Below are positions 12,301 to 24,100 of a stretch of 64,000 nucleotides of DNA, piece by piece; position 1 is the first letter of the stretch; every line of letters starts with the position of its first letter. The notes under the pieces were generated by a model that did no database searches, had not been told where the DNA came from, and was given only the letters and a program-made list of their open reading frames with translations. The position numbers and the translations under genes are program-made. The stretch comes from Fimbriosthenelais zetlandica (Eukaryota), in the NCBI GenBank assembly GCA_977030845.1, contig OZ365118.1, positions 20,770,001-20,834,000 on the forward strand, written 5' to 3'.

Positions 12301-13755
12301 CTATAGGCTCTAACATGAGATTCTGAACGAGCCAGGCCGGCCGAGTAATGCCCTACAATGTGTTTCACTTGAAAAATCTAAACCGTCTGCTTAGAACCGG
12401 TCATATTGCATTACAATGAGGCTCTAAAGGATATACGAGATCCAAAATATATTCTCGATTTTAAAATGAGTCATTTCAGGCTTTATGGATATTCCCCCTT
12501 GAAATTAATGTCAAAATCAAGAGCTATGTTTATTATACAAAGGGTTGGACCTTATGTTATAAAATGTCTACCAGTAGAACGAATTATGTATTCTTTCAGT
12601 TTAATTCAATATAAGCCCATACATCATTAGAAAAACCCTTAAAGAAATGACCCTGACAGACTTGATTCCAGAGAACAACTGGAGACTCGTATCTCGTAAC
12701 ACTCCAGGCTATGGGTGGAATTTTAACTCACTCCACACCAAATGAACCCCGCAGCTTTTTTTCCTTGGTAAGGAAAAACCTTGAGGTCCACATTTGCCTT
12801 TGAAATTTTATAGCAGCAGCCTCCCAGATTTATTGATTTCAACTTACAAGGCCACTTGACACTCTGCCAAGATGATTCCTTAGCATGATTTCAAACTTTT
12901 CCTCCCTAAAACATGTTACTTTACAAACCTTTACAATCTAATCATGACTTTCTCCCCTTAAAAATATAAATAAACAAATAAAAATAATTTAGTGATGAAA
13001 TCTATTTCTACACATTTCTATTCAAGGCCCCTAATCGTGAATAGACCCTTAAAGTAAAATGAATAGATCAAAAAGGAATGAAGGAAGTTCTGCTTTTCAA
13101 AATCAAAGGACATGTCAGGCACATTTTCGATTACATATATAAAGGAAATAAAAATATTTAAAATGAACTTTAAATCAAAATACTTGATAGCTATTTATGT
13201 GATATTATAAGACTATATAATACACATGACTCTGTATTTATATAGTTACCAATCTAATCAATAGTGGAAGCATATCAAATAATTGTTGCGTAACGTAATG
13301 TAATAATATTTATTATGAAATGATGGCCATGTTGATTGGTGACCATGGGGCCGGGGGGGAGCTACCAGTTGGGGGTGTATGACTCGGCCTACCACGAGCG
13401 CTGGTCAGATTGGGGCTAAACAAACACCGGTCTATTTGACTTGTAAAATTGCCAGCTTTTTATAGTAGAGTGTACCAGGTGCCTTCTAACAAATAGTCCC
13501 CCATTTTTTCTGAGGGAAATATGGAGAAATTTTACAATTCAAATGTCGCATATTTCATGATTCAAAAATCTATGGAATCATAGGCTTAGAACGTGTCTAT
13601 GTGTATTTAATTATTGGTATGTACTCGGCATGTAAAAAGAGGCATACCAGGGCGTTGCGGAGGGCCAATTCTATCAGGATTCTTAGCAGGAGTTTAAAGT
13701 GACAAAAATGTAACCTAGTTGGGTTCACGTTTCCATAGGAGGAGTGGGGAGGGAA

Positions 13756-13824
13756 GGAGAGGGGAGGAGAGGGGAGGAGAGGGGAGGAGAGGGGAGGAGA
13801 GGGGAGGAGAGGGGGGGGGGGGGG
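13756..13824. repeat. (GGGGAGGAGA)n purine tandem repeat ending in poly-G
   Basis: Five consecutive 10-bp units at 13761-13810 read directly. Confidence 0.95.
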
Positions 13825-16800
13825 AGGATGGTTGTAGGCCCTTATATAGTGACTGTGTCGTCCACATTAGACTGTGTTTACCAGCATCAGCGGGAGATGG
13901 TGCTATATATAGCTCCCTGACAACCACTCCCTTATCCAGGAGACATCATGGCTTTACAAAAACACATGAATGCAAACAAGTGTGCATTACAAACTTCATA
14001 CAGGGGTGGGTGTATTGAGGGGCGTGTAAAAACTAATGGCTCTATCAATTCATCTAATCTTCCCTCGTCCTTTCACTTAGTCATGCATCCATATGACAAG
14101 AAATTCATCCATATTCATCCAACTATCCTCCCAAATCCATCCAAAATGGACTGCCTATCAGTCCATTTAATCTGATCTCGTCCTTTCGCTTTGTCATGCA
14201 CCCATGGGACACTTAATTCATCCATTCAGACATGAAATATTCATCCAAATATTCATCCAAGTGCATTCAATCAACCATTGAATGTGTGGTTCATCTTTTA
14301 GATTAATCCAAACCAACTTTAATTCATAATGGATTTCCTGTATAATTTTATGCTCTGAATTTTAATTCTGAGAACTAGAGTCGTTAAGGCACCATTGAAT
14401 CTGCTTGCCGGGACGAGCCATGTTAAACATTAATGTTTAAACATTCCACTCACTCCCCAACACTGAACATAATTCATTCTTATCCTCTTAGCTTAGACCC
14501 ACTAAATCCAGATTAGTTTTACATTTTCAAGAAATTTGAATCCCATTAGAGGGGAGAGGGGCGGGGGTACTCTCCTTCTGTGTTTGGTTAGGTTGCATTA
14601 ATGTGGCACGGGTTACATAAATAAAATAATTATTAAATGAGATTAGAAGTGCTACCTCCCTTCAAGGCAAGAAATATATCCTTAAAGTCGTTCGGGTTTT
14701 AGTGAAAATATTCATTCCTTAATATCATCCTATATTTTTTTGTCATCTATCCATTTAATAGGTTATTCATCCAATTTCTCCCACCAATTTGTGACCCAGC
14801 TATTCATATTTCTATCATGGATTAGATGTTAGGAAGGTTTGGCAAGTCTAATGTCTGAATGCCTGCTCTCTTTTCAGCCATCCAGAGTTGAGCTGGACCC
14901 ATATTGCTTTAAATCACATGCTCCAGCCACTTCTAACTCAAATCCTCTTTCAAAACCTCGGTTGAGATTTCTTGTACAAATAGGTCCTCTCAGTATTGCA
15001 ATCAGGGACATAAATCCACACGGCTTCTGGTCGATACAAAATGCTTAACCATCAGATTTCTTCTCCTTTCAGCCTCTCAATCACCTTGAATTAGTGGTGA
15101 GTGTTAGAACTGCGAACTGAAATATAGGCAGTTCTACCTCAGCTAGATGAGCCCTCCAAGGGGACTGTTACAGAAGAAAACATGTGCTACATTAGCCTTA
15201 AATCTAAACATTGGCAGAACATATATTTCAAAGACGCATCCCAAGGGACTAAGTAGTATAGTATAGCAACCCATTTGTCGGAACCTACATGGTGACTTTT
15301 TACCACCCTTTTTTTTGTAAAGGAAAAAAACCCAGGAACCCATTTGTCGGTGCTTTGTTTTCTTGCACTCTCTGAGTAACTAATACCACCCACTTAACTC
15401 TCCAGCTTTTTTGTGAAACAGACCCCAGCCCTAGGTACCCATTGGCTGGCACCTGTGCTATAACAAGTATAGAATGACTTGTTTTTTTGCACTCTGCCCT
15501 GCCCGCATCTACCACCCACTCGGCAGCCTATCTGTGTGAGCCAGGACTGGTGGGGGAGAGAGGTGTAGTACTACAATGTTGACTGTAGTCAGATTCTCAC
15601 CGTGTGATGGTCATACATCACAGATACAGATGCTCCTACAAAGTTTACATACATATCCCCTCACACACCCTCCCCAGGCCTCTACTCATACCAATGAAGG
15701 GGTGGGTACAGGATCCAAAATGATCCAAACGAGGGGAGGTTTCCTACCCAGATCCCCTCATTCTTCATAAGTAGGACAAGAAGGGGAGGGAGTCTACCAA
15801 ATCCCTTCCTTCTTAAGTGGTTTCTAATACAAGCGTTGAAAATTGTGTAGGATTTTCGTAGGAGTTAACTATTGAATTAACTATTGCCAATTTGGGAAAA
15901 GTTGGCATGGTGCGAGAAGGCAAAATAATGGAATAAAATGTATTGATTTATTGTTTCCTAAAATTCATAAAAATTGAAATGACAAGGTAATCATTTATCT
16001 TGGCGGAAACAGTCATGAATAAAAGGGGAGAAATGTCCAATTCAATTCATTTCGGGATGAAAATGAAATTGACAATATAGTAAGTAGTCACTCAAATATT
16101 AATTATTTTTCACTTATTGAGATGTCATAGAACAAGGTTCCATTGGAGCTGGAGGACGACCTAGGGGTGGAATAACTGCCCCATGCAGCTCCCAACCTTC
16201 CTTCACAACACTTGTTTTTTCGCCCCTGGTTTTATTTTGACAAATTGAACTGGAATTCCCAAACAAAACAAGACCCCCTGTCAGCCCTCCGTTAGCAGGT
16301 TTTACCATGGCAACCTGTGAGAAATAAAGCTGCTCTGTCTCTATCACCTGTAGACGTGCACTCGCCCCAAATAAATATATTTATGGAGAGGAATAGAACT
16401 AAGTAGGAGGGGCAATGAAAAAGTAGTAAATGCAATTTAACAAAAGCCCAAATTAAGGCAAGAGCATGAGAGATTTGGCCCCTGGTAGTGGAGGAATGTA
16501 GTGCGTTGTTGTGTAGGTTGGTGGAGGTCTCAGTCATCTGTTTTGTCTCCGTCTCTCTGTTCACTGTCTCAGGGGGCGTGGTGAGGAATGACTGGCCACT
16601 CACTAATGATAGTGGCGTGTATCAGACACTCACTCACCCAGTCTACACACTCTCTATCTTTCTAACTGACTTTTTATTCCTGAACTCGTTGTGCTATTCT
16701 CTCTTTCTCAGACTACGGACAGGTCTGAATTAAAATGAAATTATTAATAAATTATGTGAAAGCATGTGATTTGACTTAAGCATTCAATCTTGGACTTAAA

Positions 16801-17276
16801 ATTCCAATACATGTACCATGCCTGATAGTTATACTTTGTCTATATTATCAAATGCCCGGATTGTCCTTAACATTCCCCTGGCTAATTGTCAAGTAGCCTG
16901 CCTATATTTTCAACCTGGCAGACATTTTCTGTGAACAGTGGGCAGACTATATAGAGCTGTAAATTAAGACACCATTGATAAGTGATCAGGCAGCACGTGA
17001 CTTGATTGAAGTATGACATTATAATGAGTGAGTGAGGTCAGACACGGGGTCAACTCGTGATGGAGGCGGAGTTTGTTCTCCTGCCAAAAGGTGTCAGTCA
17101 ACCTCATCAAATGACCATCTACACTAAAACATACATCCACAGTGGTGGGTCCAGGTAAAGGGGGGCTCAAGCCCTGCCATCTGACTCCACATTTATAATA
17201 TTTACAGAGCTATTAGGTCTAAATATTGTCTCTTTATAGTACTTGATATGCCTTTATACTTTTCCTTTTGTAATAA

Positions 17277-17443
17277 CAGGACTGGGATTAAGATCCAAGT
17301 AAAATGTACAATTACGATTTCTGAAATTAAAGATTTTCGGGGAAGGGGGTCGGGGGCTTAGGTCTATGATATATTGTACATCTCGCCCTCCCCTCCCCCC
17401 CCCCCCTGCCCAGTTACTAGATCCTGGATCTGACCCAACCCTG
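17277..17443. mobile_element. Possible degenerate MITE-like element with CAGG...GATCC termini
   Basis: Left CAGGACTGGGATTAAGATCC vs reverse complement of right end CAGGGTTGGGTCAGATCC; similar length and termini to 42320-42492; no target-site duplication visible. Confidence 0.25.
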
Positions 17444-20400
17444 CTCTATGCCAACTTGGGGATCAGAATCGCTCCATTGAAACCAACTTCCCTAAAACCT
17501 AAAGCCTCTGTGATTACACGGGATTTAAGGGTCGGTTGAGGTCAGTCGTACTGGAGCTTATTTAAACAGGGGTGCAAGGTAATCAAGACGATCCAGGTGC
17601 TAGTCATTAAAGTGAACACCAGGTGAGGTAGTTAGTGGTCCAGGGGTAATGAGAGGAGGGGGGGGGAGGGGGTGTACATGAGCAGGGCTGCCATTCAGGT
17701 AACCATACCTTAGGTACAATGTATTTGGTATTTCTATACAACTAACTATCCACCTGCAAATGTATATCCACCATTATAAAATATTAGTAAATTTACCAGA
17801 AATATAGGATATGGATATCCATGAATAGTTGTCATGGATATAAGCTCTTCCAATCTCCCAATATTATTAAAGTAATTACAATAATGACTTATTAAATGAG
17901 CAAGTCCCCCCCCCCCCCACCACTATTAAGTACATGTATTGTCCATTTGTCCAGCATGACCATCAAATTAGGTCGGCAGTACATTAAGAGACGCCACAAT
18001 GACCAGGTATAAAGGTCCTAAAACACTGACCCTCGACTTAAATAGCTCTCACTGACAAAGGTAACCAATCACTCGCCGCCACTTCCGCCGGCTAATGAGT
18101 CAGCGTTTTTTCTTTCTCTCTGTCTCCCATGGTCCATCCTTCGTGGAATTAACTCCCTAATCCTCCTCACATTTGAACCACAGACAGGAGTGGAAAAACC
18201 GATCCCGTGTTAAATATAGCCCCATCTCCCAATTTCATCAAAATTAACTGATTAATTGATTAATTAATAATTAAAGTCCACTGGAGGAGGAATGTTTTTG
18301 AGGTGCGGAGAGTGATTGGAAAGTATTAATTGCGCGGATTAAAATGAAATTATGAAAAAGAGTCAGACTTGAGCTTTCAGGTTTCATTTCATCAATGAAA
18401 TTAATCTGACGTAATCCAAAATGACTTCACAGTATTTCACAAAAGATTCAATCTCATAGTGATATTTTATGACAAAAAAATCACCAATTTTCTAAATATT
18501 TCCGAAAATATAGACACTGTATACCACTGGTATCTTCTACGGTTTCTTGAGCAGCGGACATGAAAGAAAGAACATCAGTGGGTGAAGAGAAGGGGAAGGA
18601 GGGAAGGTCATAGACCGCACCCCCCTAACAAGCAACCCTTCATTAAGATTCCTCTCCCCAAGGCCTTACCATAGAGTTGTACCAGGTCTCAGCTAATATA
18701 CATTTGATCATTTCAAGGTCCACCAGCTCAGACTATGATCAAGGATGGAAACATAGACTTGCAAAAACCGACATTTAAACCAATTTAAAACAAAATAGGG
18801 ACCTACGTGTTTAGCATTGTCACTATTTCATTAATAGCGTAAGGGCCAATAAATAAGGGATAGCCCCGTGCAAGTCTAGGCTCTATATGTAGCACATTTC
18901 ATCTCTTTTTAGCCTTTTGACCCGTGGAGTATATATCTTCAAATTTGTACCCGACTTTTGAGATGTGTACCTAGCAATTGCAGCAATAAGCCTGGGGTGA
19001 GGGAGGAAGATGCCGGGCGGAGTGAGCTAGCTCCGGGTGACAGTCCTCTCTAAATATGTACCTAAGATGACAATCGACCATTTGTCACGGGAAATAATAA
19101 CACTATACCAGTCAGAAAATCTCCACCAAAGTGGGTGAAGGTGAAGAGGAAATGGACAGATAAGCCAGAACCTTATCAGATAATTTCAATTTAAGTAGAA
19201 AAGTGTATCCATGTATGTACATATTTGTTAAAGTGTTTCATAAATTCATTGCTTCTGTTATGAATAAAAATGGAATCAATTTCATTCAGCATTTTGTTAC
19301 CTTCAAAGGAAGACCAATTAAATACATGATGGCATTGTCACTGGCTCCCAAAAAAAATCCAATATCACGTCATTTGTTTCAGTTTTGAGTTTTCCCCATT
19401 TTTCGTTCGTCCCTCCTACTCCACTCTCTTCTCTATCTCTTTCGCGACTTCATTTCTTTCCTTATTTTTACCCCCTGAAATCTTGAGCTGTTCCCCTTGC
19501 AGGCCTTCTGCGCTTAAATAAAATCCAATTTCACGGCGGGATTCAAACAGTAAAATGTGATCGTGGCTTGTCATTTCTTGCCTGGAGACAGGGACGTGTC
19601 TGGCCTCCAGAGATGACTACAAGCCAGGATATTAATCCCCACCATTACACAACCTCTCAAAATATTACAGATTATCGCAAAAAAAAATATTTCATCATAC
19701 AAATCTGTGAAACAATGCTGAATCCTCCATTCACTGAATCTTACATAGTGTGGCAAGATATTTCTTAAATTTGTCCAACTTTACAATGAAACACATTGAA
19801 AATATATTTGTATGAGAAATATCTGGGCTTGTATCTATTGATGTTTTTATTAGCATTAGCCATGAGCCCAGATGAGCTTACACACTCCTGTCAATGACAG
19901 ATCAAATAGAGGATGGCTATCTGCTATCAGTCCTGGATTAGAAGCAGTGCTATGGAGGGATACAGTAATGTCTATTTAAACATGCCTGTACTATCTATAG
20001 TACGTGTGTGTGGTAAAGTGGTGGTTGGACACAGATAAGCTGAATTATAGGGGCTATAAGGCATCACCTAGAGGACCGTTCATTGTATACATACAGGGAG
20101 TCAGTTTGGGGAGCAGGGAATCATACATCAGCTCAAGATCAGGCAGTGAGTGGTAGGTTCAATTCCCCAAGCAGCCGCCACATTTGTCATTTTTCTGCAG
20201 TTAAGGAAAAGTCCAGCATCTTGTCTTCCACTGTGTGCAGTGAGAGGCATGTAAGACTAGCCATGCCTCCCCATTGCTGATTTCTCATATCATTTCTACA
20301 TACTTATATCCTCCATTTTTACAATATTAATCCTGATCTTTTTGTGGAAAAAAAAACTGTTTATCCCTCCCCATCAGCACTACTGACCAGTTAGCCCTCG

Positions 20401-21094
20401 TGTTACACACCTCGTGGTTCCAGGCTTATCTCAACCAAGATAACCCCACCACGAGTCACATGACCCATGAATGACGTCACACAGATCCAGGCACCTGTTG
20501 TGTGTGGTGTGAACATGTGGGTACCAGTAGATGACCAGAATATAGCAATATGAACACATATTATCATTCAAGTCCGTGAGATTCCAATGTAGATCTGGGC
20601 ATTAAAATACCACCAAGCGCCTTATATCAGGCTGTGGGAATTCTATGGTGATTTTATTGGTCAATTCAGGTCATTTGAGGTTATGCTGGCACCCCACGGA
20701 AATTCCAAGAATTTCCAGATCATTTGAGGGCGGGGGGTACTTAAATAAAATATTTTGTGTTGTAAATGAATCCAAGTAATAAAGTCAATCATTCAATATG
20801 TGAAATTGAATGAAAAATATCAGGAAATTGTATAGCTATAAGTAGGCGGGGAATTAGAGACGTGAAGGAGTCTCATGTGTTGACGCCATATTTCATGTGA
20901 TTTTTCCCTCAATATCTGTGAGCTTTCATTTGAGGGGCAGTGACCCGCGTCCTGTGAGGGACAGAGTTACCAGTCAACATAAGGTGTGAGAACTCTCCCT
21001 CCCGGGAGGTAGAAAAAAGGTGAGCTGTACAATGTCAGGTTCATAGAAAGACACCTGTTACTGCGGCCACTAGTGTTACACCGGTCTGCTGGGT

Positions 21095-21137
<43 letters not shown>
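21095..21137. repeat. Poly-G tract (43 nt)
   Basis: Read directly. Confidence 0.95.
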
Positions 21138-24100
21138 CGGGTCCAGACAGATACATAGGGTGGGCGGGAGTGATCAGACAGACCATGGGGGATGGTAGAG
21201 TAGATGGACTAAGTCCCCCAATCTAGTTTCCATCCCAAAAAATTATGACAGGAGCCATTCAAAAATTCCACTTAAATTTGACTTTAAATGGGTTTGTGGC
21301 AATTCCATTCATCCAGACCACTTATAAATTCCCGATACAAAATATGATTCAGTGGAAAGCAGCTTTTATCATTCTGGCACCCCACTGTTCAGATCTAATG
21401 GAAGAAATTCCAATATTCATCATGCCTTAGATAGGGATCTCCATCCAGTCTTTTACCTTCGCAGTCACACAATAGATGCCATTAACATACACCCTCACAT
21501 ATGACTTCGATCAGTTGACGTTCCAGGGCTTTCCCCTCATCTCTTCAGACTTGTACGTTTCTTTGTACCATGATATAACACATAGTTTTTTTGGATTATT
21601 TTTTTATCTGTCTGGAGAGAAAACCAACACGCCCAGAGCCGTGGATAAGTTGAGAAGCCTTTAACAGCTCTCATCTCATCTCGTGTTTTTATTACATCTT
21701 CAGCAAATATTGGCCCAGTGAAAAGCTGGGCTAGGCATGCACCCTCCTCCAAAACCACATAACTTCATCACCAAATGATTAGGAACTGGAAAAGAATACT
21801 TTGGTTTTGAAACCAATGGCAAGCCAAGGCTGAACAATTTCAATATGTTCAATCACAAAAATCAAAAACAACCAGAATATTTAAAAAGCAGTATTCTAGA
21901 AAGAAATCCCAACTTGTCAGAGATTATGTGACAGATGTGAAAGTCTAACACTGTTTTTCAATACCTAGCCAAGCCTGAATCATTTCAACAACTGAAATCT
22001 TTAAAAACCCAATCATAACATTAGGTCCATATATAAGTAAGTCCACAGTGCTTGTGAAGATGGATCCGGCCCTGTGGACCTACACGTCCATTAGGTTCTG
22101 ATACAAGTTTGAAGGATGTTCGACCCATCTGCCTGTGGCCATCTATCAAGGAGACTTTTTTTCAGTGTGAAAACCAATAAAAGACACAGTAGCTAACCGT
22201 GCTCGAGTCAGTGCTGAGTTAATTAACAAAAACCGCCACGATTGACGAGTGGCTCTCTTGTGTAGCCATGGCTTCTTGGCTGACGATGGGTTTTCTACTG
22301 CTTTTCTTTGTGTTTTTTAAAAAACTTTTTCGGGGGGATTTCTACATTGGTGATGTGTCAGAGATGGTGGGTGGGGAAATGTATGTCTGAATGAGGTATT
22401 TTTGTCATGTAAGGGCTAAGTCAGAAGGCAGTCGATTCACACATTCTCATATATCATGGTCATTTAGAATTTGTCCTCGATATTTTATTGCACCTTACAA
22501 AGTTGCGTAATCAATTGCTTCAAATTACATTCCTAAACCTAAAGAGTAGGATGATTATTTAGGATTTTAGAAACATCTTTCGTCACACATGTGAGAGCCA
22601 ATGAGTCTGTCTGTGGACACCAGGCAAACCTGACAAAGGTGCTTATTAAGTTGTGCTTACCTAAGGATTAGAAGGAGGGGAGGGGGGGGGGGGGGGTCAA
22701 CCACTGATTTGTAGCATGAATAAGAGTGAATATAGAGTGAGGGATGGGTGACACCATGACATAGAGGGGGATCCCTGGCCACGAGGCTCGCCACTCCTCT
22801 CAACTCACAGCTTCCGTTCTGTGGTTAGAACATAGAGAGATCCAAGAGAGAGCAAGATGGGGCAACGTGATGAAGTCTACATGCATCTCCCCTATTGTAT
22901 GGGAGGGTGGATGGGGGTGTGGGGACTGGGGAGTTGTAGAAACTACACATTATGGTGATGGGCAAAGGGATAATTCATCCATAGCATGCTAGGCCAATAC
23001 AATTTGCAAGTACAAGTACATGTAAACGATATTGGAAATTGATTTCAATAGTTATTCTGGCATCATTCTTCAGAATTCCCAGTCATGAAACAATTTTATG
23101 TACACATTTTTTTTTAGCCTATCTGAATAACATAAAGCGTTCATGGCATAACATAATGGGAAAATATTGAAATGGTGTGGCTTTGAAATTGTTTAATGCA
23201 ATTGCCATTTATGGGATGTATTTAGAAAATGAGGAGAAACATTATTTTATTTATTTGGCCGTCAACTGGCTAATGCCACATCCCGCACAACCGAGCAGAA
23301 AGTGCCAAACAAAATGGACTGAATTTAAACCAGACATTTGCAAAAGGTTGGGGCACTTATCAAATCAAGTTTTCTTTTTTATTTCATTTCAATTTCCATT
23401 CCGTTTAATCCCGACTCGCTATGAATGGGCGGCCATGTGAGTGCCTGGATCAAGGCAGTGGAAATCTAAATCTCCGCCGGCCCTGCCACTTCCATCAAAA
23501 TTATATTGAAATACTTCAAATCCATTAGTTTTAATTCCCATTTTTCAGGAAGAGTTATGGCGGGATGGGTCATGAAATGAAATTCGTGTTAAGGGATAAA
23601 AAGGCCCTCTCTCCCCTACACCCACACATCCACCCACTCACCTGAGAGATGGTTGGGTTGGGGGGTGGGGGTGGGGGGTGGGGGTGGGGGTGGGAAGGGG
23701 CCCTACAGAGCTCCATGTGGAGATATACTTTTCCATCTGTCAAGAGAGCTATCAACTACTGCTATTTTTATTACATAAATGAGACCTGGGGGAGACCTCC
23801 CCCTCGCTCCCACAGATCACAAGGGGCTTCTACATAAATAACGTAAATTCTGTGTCAAGAAAATTTCACAGAACATTATATGGCAAAATAATACTAAATA
23901 AAACACCCCAATCTCAATTCTTTCCATTTTTCCTGTTCAAAAAGCATACCTAAGTTATAAATTTGTCTTCGTAAATACTGATTTTTGATAAAAATTTGGG
24001 TGAGATTTTGTATGCAGTGAAAGTGTTGATATAAACCCATGGCCTATACATGAACCTCAATACACAGGTGGCAATCTCCGCCCTGAATGTACACAAAAAT

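Noticed and set aside
16229-16259. Minus-strand GIPVQFVKI as the end of an SH3 domain
   Set aside because: Lacks the preceding WxxG/GxFP residues and any ALYxY start; no flanking splice sites.
4140-22062. TGTGAAGAT recurring several times in the SH3RF intron
   Set aside because: Post-hoc k-mer observation; not significant after considering all possible 9-mers.
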